Assembly (NCBI GenBank): GCA_016932475.1
Contig: JAFGCU010000026.1
Span: forward strand, 92,111 to 156,110
Direction: 5' to 3'
Origin: Anaerolineales bacterium
Lineage (GTDB): Bacteria > Chloroflexota > Anaerolineae > Anaerolineales > RBG-16-64-43
DNA: 64,000 nt
Program-made: the position numbers and the translations under genes
Notes under the pieces: generated by a model
Seen by the model: the letters and a program-made list of their open reading frames with translations, nothing else
What the model was told of the DNA's origin: nothing
Database searches by the model: none
Part shown: one piece after another, positions 18,885-28,863 of the stretch
How the letters are laid out: each line of letters begins with the position of its first letter
How positions within the stretch are numbered: the first letter of the stretch is position 1

Positions 18885-20411
18885 TTGATGAAAAAACCAA
18901 TCCTTCCACAACATTTTCTATTCTGGCTTTCGGCGCTTCTGGCCGCCGCAGGCGCGCTGGGGCTTGCCTTCCTGCCATGGGAGACGGTTGGGGCTCCGGT
19001 CTTGATGATCCTGCTGGCCGGCGGCCTGGCGCTCGGCCTGGCGCTTTTGGATTCCCCTGCCGAGGAACGCCGGTTCGTTGTCCGGTTGTTTTTTGTGGCG
19101 CTGGGAGTGCGGCTCGCGGCGGCCGCCCTCTTCTATTGGAGCACCGGCGGGAATGAGGAGTACATCTACAAGGATGCCTCCACGTATGACCGGCTGGCCT
19201 GGACCTTGGCCCGGGCCTGGCACAACCCTGCGGCCGGCGCCGCCGGAGTCGGCCCGGCGGATTTTTTGCTGGACGACCTCTACCCTCGGCTGCTGGCGGG
19301 TTTGTACTTTCTGATCGGCCACGCAACAGCCGCCGCGGTCGTCATCAACATCGTCCTGGGGGCATCGTCGGTGTACCTGGCATACCGGATCGCGGCCATG
19401 CTATTCGGCCCGGTCACCGCTCGCTGGACCGGTTGGCTGACGGCGTTCTACACCGGATTCTGGCTATGGGAAATGATGACTCTGAAGGATGCGCTTTTTC
19501 TTTTCCTCCTCCTGCTGTTCTTCCTGGGTCTGTACCGGCTCTGGAACTTCCTGAGTCTCCCGGATAAATCCACCGCAAGCATAATCCGGGCGGTTGGATG
19601 GACCGCAGTATTAATCGTGGTTTTTCTGACCGCCCGCGAATTGCGCAATTACATCCCGATCATCCTGGCGGGGACGGCCGCCTTGATCCCCATGGTGGAA
19701 ATCCTGAAATCCGGCCGGGCGTGGCGCTGGGCTCTGGTAATCGGATCGGCGGTTTTGCTTTTGATGGTTTTCTGGCCGGTGATTTCAAGGCGCGGCCTCG
19801 CCCCGGTCACGCTCGAATCGCAATCCACGCTTTTTAAAATCACCGAGCTGCCCGATACGAGAACCGTCGGCGTTTTTCTCAATTGGATTATTGCTCACCC
19901 GCTGGGTTTCCTCCGTTACCTGGCGCTTTCGATGTTTTCCACCGCACTGGCTCCGTATGCCTGGCTTCTGCCCGGAACCCTGCCCGAGGTGCCGCGTTTC
20001 GAAAGTTACATGATCGCCTTTCCCGGAATGTGGCTGTGGTATTTTCTGCTGCCGTTTTCCATTTTTGGAATTCGGGAAGCCGTCCGGCGCAGCCGCGGTG
20101 GGGTGTGGCCGATGCTCTTCTATGCGGCGGCTGTTTTTCTGGTGGTCTCGGTTTTTATCCCGCGGGAATACCGGCACCGGGATATGATCATGCCGATCGC
20201 GCTCATGATGGCGGCGGAAGGGCTGGCCTTCAGCCGGAGATGGTGGGTGGTCGGATTGCTCGTCTGGATCCCGTTGATCGGCTTCATTGCATGGAAACTG
20301 AACAGCGCCGCGCCGGTCCTGCTGGCGCTGGGGGCGGGCGTTGCCGCCGTGGTCGTGTGGCACATCCGGGTGCGCCGGCGGCGCGAGGATCAAATGATGA
20401 GGCTCGGTTGA
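18885..20411 (+). CDS. polytopic membrane protein (GT-C- or polymerase-like)
   Basis: 508 aa, highly hydrophobic, with TTG 18885 / ATG 18888 starts. The first loop carries YKDASTYDRLAW. No family was assigned. Confidence 0.5.
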   Translation: MMKKPILPQHFLFWLSALLAAAGALGLAFLPWETVGAPVLMILLAGGLALGLALLDSPAEERRFVVRLFFVALGVRLAAAALFYWSTGGNEEYIYKDASTYDRLAWTLARAWHNPAAGAAGVGPADFLLDDLYPRLLAGLYFLIGHATAAAVVINIVLGASSVYLAYRIAAMLFGPVTARWTGWLTAFYTGFWLWEMMTLKDALFLFLLLLFFLGLYRLWNFLSLPDKSTASIIRAVGWTAVLIVVFLTARELRNYIPIILAGTAALIPMVEILKSGRAWRWALVIGSAVLLLMVFWPVISRRGLAPVTLESQSTLFKITELPDTRTVGVFLNWIIAHPLGFLRYLALSMFSTALAPYAWLLPGTLPEVPRFESYMIAFPGMWLWYFLLPFSIFGIREAVRRSRGGVWPMLFYAAAVFLVVSVFIPREYRHRDMIMPIALMMAAEGLAFSRRWWVVGLLVWIPLIGFIAWKLNSAAPVLLALGAGVAAVVVWHIRVRRRREDQMMRLG

Positions 20412-20412
20412 T

Positions 20413-21609
20413 ATGAAAATTCTGTTCCTGGCGCCGAAAATCCCGTGGCCGGCCACCGACGGCTCCCGGATCGCCCTCTACGAATTGATCCGGCACATGA
20501 CGGCGCGCGGCCATCAGGCGGCTTTTCTGGGTTTTGGGAATCCGGGAGCCGCGGACGAATTTCGCACCCGGGCGGGAGTCACCTGGGCAAAGGCGATCCC
20601 GCACGACACCTCCACCAATTATTTAAATGCCGCACTGGCAGTGCTTTCGCCGATGCCGTATACGCCGTCGAAGTACCGGTCCGGCGCCATGACCGCCGCC
20701 GTCCGCGAAGCGTTCCGCGAGCAGCGGTTCGATCTCGTCCATTTGGAAGGCACTCATATGGCGCATTACCTCGGCTTGGTGCAGGGCCTGGGGGTGCAGG
20801 CGATCCTGCGGCTGCAAAACGTGGAATGGATTCTGGAGGAGCGGTACGCCCGGACGGCCGTCTTCCCGTTGAACGTTTATGTGCGGGTGCAGGCGGGGCG
20901 GATGCGCGCATTCGAAACCCGGGCCTGCCGGCAGGCCGATTTGTGCGTGGCGATCACCCAGGAAGATGCCGAACGGATTCTCGCGATCGCCCCCGACGCC
21001 TCGGTGGCCGTCTCTCCGGCCGGGGTGGACCTGGAGCGGTATTACCCGCAGCCGATGAGTGAGGAACCCGGGACGATCGTATTCGTGGGCGCCCTGGACT
21101 GGCCGCCGAATGCGGATGCGATCCGCTGGTTCCGCACCAAAGTCTGGCCGCGGATCGCGCAGGAAGAGCCGACCGCGCGCTGGATCGTGGTCGGAAAATC
21201 TCCGCCGGCCGATATCCTGCACTGGCCGGAGGAAGACCGCAACATTGAAGTGACCGGTTTTGTCGACGACGTGCGGCCGCACCTGCACCGGGCTTCGGTG
21301 GTGATCGTCCCGTTGCGGTCGGGCGGCGGGATGCGGTTGAAGATTCTGGAGGCCATGGCCGCAGGGAAAACCGTCGTCAGCACGCCAATGGGCGCCGAAG
21401 GAATCTCCGCCGGCAATGGGGAGGAAATCATCCTGGCGGACGCCGACCGTTCGTACGGCGTCGAAGTCGTGCGCCTGCTGCGCCAGCCTTCCGAACGGAA
21501 ACGAATCGGCAAAGCGGCCCGCGCCTGGGCTGAAGGATACGGCTGGGACGGGATAGCCGCCGACCTTGAACGGGAATATCAGGCGTTGCTGGGCTCCCGC
21601 CTGAGATGA
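20413..21609 (+). CDS. glycosyltransferase family 1 (GT4-type)
   Basis: ATG lies 1 nt after the previous stop. The N-terminus is MKILFLAPKIPWPATDGSRI and the C-terminus has VPLRSGGGMRLKILEAMAAGKTVVST. Confidence 0.85.
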   Translation: MKILFLAPKIPWPATDGSRIALYELIRHMTARGHQAAFLGFGNPGAADEFRTRAGVTWAKAIPHDTSTNYLNAALAVLSPMPYTPSKYRSGAMTAAVREAFREQRFDLVHLEGTHMAHYLGLVQGLGVQAILRLQNVEWILEERYARTAVFPLNVYVRVQAGRMRAFETRACRQADLCVAITQEDAERILAIAPDASVAVSPAGVDLERYYPQPMSEEPGTIVFVGALDWPPNADAIRWFRTKVWPRIAQEEPTARWIVVGKSPPADILHWPEEDRNIEVTGFVDDVRPHLHRASVVIVPLRSGGGMRLKILEAMAAGKTVVSTPMGAEGISAGNGEEIILADADRSYGVEVVRLLRQPSERKRIGKAARAWAEGYGWDGIAADLEREYQALLGSRLR

Positions 21610-22634
21610 GCGAATCCCTGCCGCGGATATCGGTGCTCATTCCGTGCCGCAACGAGGAACGGACGATCGAACAGGTCCTCGAGGCCCTGCGCCGGCAGTC
21701 GTTCCCGGCCGGGCGGATGGAAGTGATCGTCGCCGATGGCCGCTCCACGGATGGAACGCGGGAAAAAATCGAAGCCTATGCCGGCGCGAATCCCGGCTGG
21801 GCGCTGCGCTGGGTCGACAATCCGGGGCGTTCGGCGCCGGCCGGGTTAAACGCCGCGCTGCGCGAGGCGCGCGGGGAGATCCTCCTGCGGATGGATGCGC
21901 ATGCCATCCCGGATCCGGATTATGTCGAACAATGCGTGAAGACATTCGAGCGGTCGGGGTGCGACGGGGTGGGGGGCGCGATCGACATCCTCCCGGGCGG
22001 CGGCGGAACCGTCGCGCGCGCGATCGCCGTGGCCGTGGCCAATCCGTTCGCCACCGGCGGTGTGCGCTACCGGTCGGGCGGGGCGGAAGGCGAGGTGGAT
22101 ACCGTCCCCTTCGCCGCGTTCCACCGCGAAGTCTTCAACCGGGTGGGCGGATTCAACGAGCAGGTTCCGGTCAACGAGGATTACGAATTCAACTACCGGG
22201 TGCGGGCGGCCGGCGGCAGGATCTTCTTCACGCCGAAGATCCGGTCGCGCTATATCGCCCGCGGAGATTTGGGTTCGCTGGCGCGGCAGTATTTTTATTA
22301 CGGGCATCAGAAGGCGGTCATGCTGTCGTTCCACCCGAAATCGATCCGGTTACGGCAATGGATACCGGCCTTATTTGCGCCGTCCCTGGTTGTTCTGGGC
22401 GCCGGGGCGTTCCTGCTGCCCCCATTGGCTATAATGCTGGGACTGGAGCTGATCGTGTACGCCGCGGTTTGCGCCGCATTTGCCGGCCGGGAAGCCGTGG
22501 CGCGGAAAGACGCGGCGCTTCTTCCAGCCTTGATGCTGGTTTTTTTCTGCATCCATATCACCTGGGGCGCGGGATTCTGGACCGGCGCGGCGCGGTCTCT
22601 GGGCCGGCTGGCGCGGGGCCGGCCGGCTGCCTGA
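21606..22634 (+). CDS. glycosyltransferase family 2 with C-terminal TM segments
   Basis: ATGA overlap. GT-A motifs: ISVLIPCRNEE, VADGRSTDGT, RMDAHA. Four hydrophobic helices at the C-terminus. Confidence 0.85.
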   Translation: MSESLPRISVLIPCRNEERTIEQVLEALRRQSFPAGRMEVIVADGRSTDGTREKIEAYAGANPGWALRWVDNPGRSAPAGLNAALREARGEILLRMDAHAIPDPDYVEQCVKTFERSGCDGVGGAIDILPGGGGTVARAIAVAVANPFATGGVRYRSGGAEGEVDTVPFAAFHREVFNRVGGFNEQVPVNEDYEFNYRVRAAGGRIFFTPKIRSRYIARGDLGSLARQYFYYGHQKAVMLSFHPKSIRLRQWIPALFAPSLVVLGAGAFLLPPLAIMLGLELIVYAAVCAAFAGREAVARKDAALLPALMLVFFCIHITWGAGFWTGAARSLGRLARGRPAA

Positions 22635-22678
22635 TCCCGGGCGAGTTGGTAAAATGGCATCTTTCCGCTGGGAGGCGG

Positions 22679-23629
22679 ATGACGTTGTCGACGTATCTCA
22701 TCACCGGCGGAGCCGGATTCATCGGATCGCATCTGGCGGAAAACCTGGTCCATGACGGACACACGGTCAGGATTCTGGATAATTTATGCACCGGGAAACG
22801 GAAGAACCTGGCGGGGCTGCGCGGGAAGGTCGATATCCGCAAGGGCGATATCCGCGTCCTGCGCGAGGTTCAATCCGCGATGCGCGGCGTGGATTACGTC
22901 CTGCATCATGCGGCCATGGTCTCGGTGGCCGAATCGGTGGAGCGTCCGGAAGAGACGCTGGATGTCAACCTCACCGGAACCTTGAACGTGCTGCAGGCCG
23001 CCAGGCGCGCGAAGGTCCGGCGGGTGGTGATGGCCTCCTCTTGCGCGGTGTATGGCGCCGGCCGGCTGCCCGCCAAAGAGGATCAAGCGCCCCATGCGCT
23101 GTCGCCCTATGCCGCCAGCAAACTGGCGGGAGAATCCCTCGCGCTTTCCTTTTCCGAATCCTACGGGTTGCCGGTGGTGTGCCTGCGCTACTTTAACGTG
23201 TTCGGCCCGCGCCAGGATCCATCCTCACCCTATTCGGGCGTGATCGCCATTTTTGCTTCGCGGGCGATCTCCGGCGGCGGGGTGACCGTGTATGGCGACG
23301 GCAGGCAGACGCGCGATTTTATTTATGTTGCGGATGTGGTCCGGGCCAACCGCCTGGCGTGCGAAGCGGAGCGCGCGGCCGGGCAGGTCATGAACATCGG
23401 CACCGGACGCGGCCGCAGCCTGCTGCAGCTGCATTCCGAAATATCCTCCCTGTGCGGCGCGCGCATCCCGCTGACCTTCGCCGCCCCGCGCTCCGGAGAC
23501 ATCTACCATTCGCGCTGCGATCCGTCCCGCGCCCGCCGGCTGCTCGGTTTCCGGGCAAAGGTGGATTTCCGGACGGGGCTGGCCGAGACGCTGGATTGGA
23601 TGAAGGATGCGGGGAGCGGGGCGGCATGA
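22679..23629 (+). CDS. NAD-dependent sugar-nucleotide 4-epimerase (GalE/WbpP-like)
   Basis: ATG 22679 follows a GGGAGG RBS. Motifs: ITGGAGFIGSHL, SPYAASKLAGE (YxxxK). The listed ORF 21644..23629 has a spurious N-terminal extension. Confidence 0.85.
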   Translation: MTLSTYLITGGAGFIGSHLAENLVHDGHTVRILDNLCTGKRKNLAGLRGKVDIRKGDIRVLREVQSAMRGVDYVLHHAAMVSVAESVERPEETLDVNLTGTLNVLQAARRAKVRRVVMASSCAVYGAGRLPAKEDQAPHALSPYAASKLAGESLALSFSESYGLPVVCLRYFNVFGPRQDPSSPYSGVIAIFASRAISGGGVTVYGDGRQTRDFIYVADVVRANRLACEAERAAGQVMNIGTGRGRSLLQLHSEISSLCGARIPLTFAAPRSGDIYHSRCDPSRARRLLGFRAKVDFRTGLAETLDWMKDAGSGAA

Positions 23630-25512
23630 ACAAATCCATCATCTTCCTCCGCAACCGTTACCTGTTCCTGGCGGATCTGGTGATCATCGCCGTTGCGATC
23701 CTGCTGGCATTCACGCTTCGAGTGGAATATGTGGTGTTCGTCTCCTACCTTCCGGCGGCGGTTTGGATGATCGCCGTCGCGCTGATAGTCAAGCCGGTCG
23801 TGTATTGGGGATTCGGTTTATACCGTCGATTCTGGGCCTATGCGAGCACGAAGGAAGCGATGGTGATTATCGGGGCGGTTGCGGTGAACGGCGTCCTGAT
23901 GGTGGGGTATTACTTCTTCACATTCGCGGCCGGCCTGCCGCCTATTCCGCGCTCGATCCCGTTCCTCGACGCCCTGCTCAGCCTGGTGCTGACCGGCGGT
24001 CTGCGGTTCTCCATCCGCATGCTCTCCGAATTGATGCAGGCCCGCCGCCGTTTGCCGGGCAGCGGCGCGACCAAACGGGTGCTGATCGCCGGGGCGGGCG
24101 ATGCGGGCGCGCTGGTGGCGCGCGAGATGCAAAAGAATCCGCAGCTGCGCAAGATCCCGATCGGCTTTCTCGATGATGCCCCGGAAAAACTGCACCAGCG
24201 CATCCACGGGGTGCAGGTCCTCGGGGGCCTGGATCATGTGCGGCGGATCGTGATCGAACAGGAAGCCGACGAGGTGGTGATGGCGATCCCCTCGGCGTCG
24301 GGCGAGGTGTTCCGCAAGCTTTCGGATCTGTGCCGAAAGGGAAAGATTCCATTTCTCACCATGCCCGGTTTGTACGAACTGATCGGCGGCCGGGTGAGCG
24401 CCGGGCGTCTGCGCAATGTCGAGGTCAGCGATTTGCTGCGCCGAGCGCCGGCGCACACGGCCGACCAGGCCGTCGGGTACGCCTTGAGCGGCAAACGGGT
24501 GATGGTCACCGGGGCCGGCGGATCGATCGGTTTCGAGCTTTGCCGGCAGATCGCGCGCTGGGGCCCGAGCGAGATCCTGCTGCTGGGGCACGGAGAAAAC
24601 AGTATCTTCGAAGCGCTCCTTGCGCTCGGAGAGGACTATCCCGAATTGGCTCTTCATCCGGTCGTTGCGGACATCCGCGACCGGACCCGCATGGAATCCG
24701 TGTTCCGATCCCATTCGCCCCAAGTCGTGTTCCACGCCGCGGCGCACAAGCACGTGCCGCTGATGGAGATCAACATCGAGGATGCTTTCACCAATAATGT
24801 CATCGGGACGCGCAACCTGGTCGACCTCGCGCTGGAAGAGGACACGGAACGTCTGGTGCTCATCTCCAGCGACAAAGCCATCCGCCCGACAAGTGTGATG
24901 GGCGCCACCAAGCGGCTGGCGGAAATGGTCGTCCTGGATGCGGCGCGCCGGAGCGGAAAGCCGTACGTATCGGTCCGGTTCGGGAACGTGCTCGGCAGCC
25001 GCGGATCCGTCATCCCCGTTTTCAAGCGGCAGATCGCCCGCGGCGGACCGGTGACGGTGACGCATCCGGATATGGAACGCTACTTTATGACCATCCCCGA
25101 AGCGGTGCATCTGGTGTTACAGGCCGCGATCCTCGGCGAAGGCGGAGAAACGCTCCTCCTGAGGATGGGAAAGCCGGTGCGGATCGTCTCGCTGGCCGAG
25201 GATCTCATCCGCCTTTCCGGGCTGGAACCCGGCAGGGACGTGCCGATCGTCTTCACCGGCGTACGGCCGGGAGAAAAACTCAGCGAGCAGCTGTGGGAAG
25301 ACGAGACCGCCCTGCGGCCCACCAATCATCCGGATATCCTCCGCCTGGTGGGGGAGAATCATGCCCTCGAACCGGATGCGCTGCGAAACAAGGTCGAGGA
25401 ACTTTCCGGCCTGTCCAAGCGCGGGGAGATCCAGAAATTAATCCAGGGGCTGAACCAGATGGTCGATGGCACGATCGGCCAGGCTCCGCCGCCGGACCTG
25501 ACCAGCGTCTGA
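23626..25512 (+). CDS. membrane-anchored polysaccharide biosynthesis protein CapD/PglF/WbpM type (UDP-HexNAc 4,6-dehydratase-like)
   Basis: ATGA overlap at 23626. There are N-terminal TM helices and two Rossmann motifs (LIAGAGDAGA, VTGAGGSIGFEL). Confidence 0.85.
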   Translation: MNKSIIFLRNRYLFLADLVIIAVAILLAFTLRVEYVVFVSYLPAAVWMIAVALIVKPVVYWGFGLYRRFWAYASTKEAMVIIGAVAVNGVLMVGYYFFTFAAGLPPIPRSIPFLDALLSLVLTGGLRFSIRMLSELMQARRRLPGSGATKRVLIAGAGDAGALVAREMQKNPQLRKIPIGFLDDAPEKLHQRIHGVQVLGGLDHVRRIVIEQEADEVVMAIPSASGEVFRKLSDLCRKGKIPFLTMPGLYELIGGRVSAGRLRNVEVSDLLRRAPAHTADQAVGYALSGKRVMVTGAGGSIGFELCRQIARWGPSEILLLGHGENSIFEALLALGEDYPELALHPVVADIRDRTRMESVFRSHSPQVVFHAAAHKHVPLMEINIEDAFTNNVIGTRNLVDLALEEDTERLVLISSDKAIRPTSVMGATKRLAEMVVLDAARRSGKPYVSVRFGNVLGSRGSVIPVFKRQIARGGPVTVTHPDMERYFMTIPEAVHLVLQAAILGEGGETLLLRMGKPVRIVSLAEDLIRLSGLEPGRDVPIVFTGVRPGEKLSEQLWEDETALRPTNHPDILRLVGENHALEPDALRNKVEELSGLSKRGEIQKLIQGLNQMVDGTIGQAPPPDLTSV

Positions 25513-25528
25513 CCCCGCGGCGTACCCG

Positions 25529-26995
25529 ATGCGCTTCCCCGCTGGATTGCCCGTTTTCCTCCGCACTGTAAAAAATTCCGGCTTGCGCCCGTTTGCGAAA
25601 CCCGCTGAATGGTTCCGGAAAAACATCAAGCCGAAACATTGGATAATCGCGTTCTCCGCCGCGCTGTGGCTGATCCCGGCTTCCACGCCGCACGGCGCGG
25701 TTCCCTTCCTGCCTGCGTGCGCCGCCGACCCCCGGCCAACCGCCGGTTGGGGGGCGTTGTGGTTTCCGGATGATTCCAACTTCGCCGTCGCCGCTGGGAG
25801 GGAACTGTTGGCGCGTCCGGATTTTCCGGCGGCGGTGTGCTACCTGCGGTTGGCGGAAGACGCGCGCGATCAGGATCCGCAATTCCTGACCGATTTGGGG
25901 GAGGCGTACTGGGGGGCGGGCGAGCCGGATCTGGCGTTGGCGGAGTGGGAAAAGGCGCTCGCGCTTTTCCCGGACGGGGATGATTTATCCGTCCAGGTGT
26001 GGAAGGGATATTTCGAGATCGAACGCTGGGACCGCGCCGAAACGGCGATCGGGCGTCGGTTGGAGAGCCGGCCGGACGATCCCGAAGCAAAATACGCGCT
26101 GGCGCTGATCCGCGCCGCCCAAAATCCCGGAGGCGCGCTGGCTCTGCTTGCGGAGTTGAAGAGCGCGCCGCAACCGATCGGCGCAAACGCGCGTTCGTTG
26201 GAAGCGGTAATCCGCGCTGCTATTGCCCGGCGCGTCCCGGAGTATATCTTCGCCTCGACCGGCGAGGAATTGATCCGCTTGGGCGAGATGGGCCTGGCAA
26301 AGGAAGCCCTGCGCCGGGCGATCGAGCGGAATCCGAAATACGGCGAGGCGTACGCCCTGCTGGGCGTGGCGCAGGAGGCGAGCGGCGAGGATCCGGAAGA
26401 ATCGTACCGCCGGGGAGCCGCCCTGGCGCCGGACTCGGCGCTGGCCTGCCTGGTATACGGCGCCTGGCTCCGGCGCCGGGGAGAGATCGCACTCGCCCGC
26501 TGGTGGCTGATGCAGGCATGGAGAGAACGGCCGGGGGATTGGATCATCGCGGCTGAACTTGCCCAGGCGGATTTCGCCCTGGGCAATCCGGGGGATGCCG
26601 AAAGCTGGGTTCGGCAATCGGTCGACCTTTTCCCCGGCGAACCGGAGGCTTGGATCGTCCTGGCGGCCTTTTACATTGAAAATGACTTCCGGGTGGCGGA
26701 GGCGGGAATTCCGGCCGCGCGCCAGGCGGTGATCCTCGCCCCGAACAACGACCGGGCGCTGGACCTGCTCGGGCTGGGTTGGTTCAAGATGGGCGATAGC
26801 TCACTGGCGGAGCGGTTGTTCCTGCGGGCGCTGGAGGAAAATCCGGATTCCGCCAAAGCCCACCTGCACCTTGGAATGGTCTACCGTGAGCAGGGACGTG
26901 CCGCCGATGCGCGGACGGAATGGGAAACCGCCCTTCGCCTGGACCCCAAAGGGCTCATCGGCAGCCAGGCAAAGGACTTGATGGAAAAACCGTAG
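25529..26995 (+). CDS. TPR-repeat protein with N-terminal signal anchor
   Basis: 488 aa with repeated A/L/Y-rich 34-residue units (AEWEKALALFPD, ALRRAIERNPKYGEAYALLG, LRALEENPDSAKAHLHLG). Confidence 0.75.
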   Translation: MRFPAGLPVFLRTVKNSGLRPFAKPAEWFRKNIKPKHWIIAFSAALWLIPASTPHGAVPFLPACAADPRPTAGWGALWFPDDSNFAVAAGRELLARPDFPAAVCYLRLAEDARDQDPQFLTDLGEAYWGAGEPDLALAEWEKALALFPDGDDLSVQVWKGYFEIERWDRAETAIGRRLESRPDDPEAKYALALIRAAQNPGGALALLAELKSAPQPIGANARSLEAVIRAAIARRVPEYIFASTGEELIRLGEMGLAKEALRRAIERNPKYGEAYALLGVAQEASGEDPEESYRRGAALAPDSALACLVYGAWLRRRGEIALARWWLMQAWRERPGDWIIAAELAQADFALGNPGDAESWVRQSVDLFPGEPEAWIVLAAFYIENDFRVAEAGIPAARQAVILAPNNDRALDLLGLGWFKMGDSSLAERLFLRALEENPDSAKAHLHLGMVYREQGRAADARTEWETALRLDPKGLIGSQAKDLMEKP

Positions 26996-27048
26996 GGAGC
27001 TTTTGGCGCTCCGCCGGAGACATACTTATCCCTTCGCAGGAGGAAACC

Positions 27049-27246
27049 ATGCAGAAAACAAAGGCGCTCAAGATCCTCATTCCGATCATGGCTTTGGTCC
27101 TGATCTTTCAACTGATTTCCGGAGCATTCCCAGCGCTTGTCCCGTATGCGGTCCATCGTGCCGCCGGATTGCTGCTGGCCGCGATCGTGATCCTGCATGT
27201 CATCCTTAATTGGCCGTGGATCCGCGCGAATTATTTTAAGCGCTGA
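27049..27246 (+). CDS. small membrane protein (65 aa, DUF4405-like)
   Basis: An AGGAGG RBS precedes ATG 27049. Two TM helices carry conserved His residues (HRAAGLLLAAIVILHVILNWPW). Confidence 0.55.
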   Translation: MQKTKALKILIPIMALVLIFQLISGAFPALVPYAVHRAAGLLLAAIVILHVILNWPWIRANYFKR

Positions 27247-27283
27247 ATCCGCGCAACCCGGCCGGATTTTCGGAGTATCCAAT

Positions 27284-27715
27284 ATGCCCAATCCGATTGG
27301 CAACACGTTTATTGCCGCGCTCCTTCGGTCGCCGCTTCACAAGCTCCTGGGGGAAAGTTTCGGCCTCATCACCGTAACCGGGCGAAAGACCGGCCGGCGG
27401 ATCTCGACCCCGATCAATGCGGTGCGGATGGGAGAGGGGTTCGCCGTTGTGAGTTACCGCAGGCGGACCTGGTGGAGAAACCTGGCGGGCGGCCGGACCG
27501 GAGCGTTGCGGGTCGGGGGCAAAACGATTCCCGTCACGGGCCGGGTTGTCGAGGATCCGGCCGAGGTGCGGAACGGCTTGAGGGAATATTTTAAAATCTA
27601 CCCGGCTTACGCCAAGTATTTTGACATCCGATGCGATGTGCAGGGCCGGATCCCGGAAGAGGAGCTTGAGCGGGTTGCCAAGGACCGGGTGATAATCCGG
27701 TTGATGCCGGGATGA
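27284..27715 (+). CDS. nitroreductase/deazaflavin-dependent oxidoreductase family protein (DUF385-like)
   Basis: Blocks typical of this family are present: LLRSPLHKLLGESFGLITVTGRKTGRRISTPIN and WWRNLAGG. Confidence 0.6.
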   Translation: MPNPIGNTFIAALLRSPLHKLLGESFGLITVTGRKTGRRISTPINAVRMGEGFAVVSYRRRTWWRNLAGGRTGALRVGGKTIPVTGRVVEDPAEVRNGLREYFKIYPAYAKYFDIRCDVQGRIPEEELERVAKDRVIIRLMPG

Positions 27716-27734
27716 CCCACATAGGAAAGAGGAC

Positions 27735-28661
27735 ATGATGATCAAAAAAACGAAGATCTTCCCGTTTCTGGCGATGACCATCCTCGTCGGCGCCTGTAAT
27801 GTCAACCTGGGCGCGACGCCGCCGACAAACCCGGTTCCGATAAATTCACCATCCGGATCGGCGGAATCGCCCGTTGCGGAAACAGAATCCTCGCCGGCGA
27901 CGCCGAGCCCGGATCTCCCCGCCCCCTTTGCCCCCATCGTCATCGGGGCTTCCGGAGATCCGCAGTCGGCCATCCTGCTGGGTGGAACCGAGAATGGAGT
28001 CTGGATGGACGCCGCGGCCGCGGCTGCGCGGCTTTCCGGAGGGGAAGTGTACAACCTGTATTCTCCGGCCGGGCTGGCCGGGACCGCGGTCGGGACAGCG
28101 CCGATCCAGGATATGCCCTGCGGGCAATACATTCTTCAATGGGATCCGCCGCTTTCCGCGGCTTCGTTGATCGGGCTGGGAGGCGGTTGGGATGCTCTGC
28201 CGCGTTCCCCCGAGGATCCTCCCATATCCGATTTCAGAATTTATACGGACGCGGCCAGCGGTTTTATGGCGTCGATGGATTTTCCGGTTCCGGATCCGCT
28301 GCGCCTGACACGTCTGGTGCTTGCGGATTTGGACGGCGACGGACCGATGGAGGCGCTGATAAGCGCCAGCCGGTTCAGCGAGGATACCCTGCACGACGCC
28401 GCCGCCGGTGATTTTTCGATGGTCCTGTTGTTCCGGGAAGCCGCAGCGGAAACGACCCTGATTATCGGGAATTTTTTTCCCAAAGCGAAATCTCTCGCCT
28501 TTCCGAAGGCATACAGCATCCTGTCCATGTTGGATCTCAACGGAGACGGATGGATGGAAGTGATCGTCGATGTGAGCCGCTGGGAGGGGGGAGGAACGTT
28601 GGTCTTTGCGTATAACGGTGTTACAGCGGACCTTGTGCTCGACTCCATGTGCTCTTTATGA
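27735..28661 (+). CDS. lipoprotein with FG-GAP/VCBS-like DxDGDG motifs
   Basis: Signal peptide plus lipobox (LVGAC). Two motifs are present: DLDGDGPMEALI and LDLNGDGWMEVIVD. Confidence 0.65.
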   Translation: MMIKKTKIFPFLAMTILVGACNVNLGATPPTNPVPINSPSGSAESPVAETESSPATPSPDLPAPFAPIVIGASGDPQSAILLGGTENGVWMDAAAAAARLSGGEVYNLYSPAGLAGTAVGTAPIQDMPCGQYILQWDPPLSAASLIGLGGGWDALPRSPEDPPISDFRIYTDAASGFMASMDFPVPDPLRLTRLVLADLDGDGPMEALISASRFSEDTLHDAAAGDFSMVLLFREAAAETTLIIGNFFPKAKSLAFPKAYSILSMLDLNGDGWMEVIVDVSRWEGGGTLVFAYNGVTADLVLDSMCSL

Positions 28662-28863
28662 CGGCCCGCAATCCATTGCCCGGCCTACGGGGAGCCGAAG
28701 GATCGCCGCATGGACCCCGTTAACCAAACCGACGGGTACGCGCTTTTTCCGTCGAGCGACGGGGGATTGGAGATCCGGGTCCGGGATGACGGCAGGGCGA
28801 GAAAGGTGATCTTCCTCGGCGCGTATCGTTTCGGAAGAGGATTATCGCCGCCAATAAAGCGAA

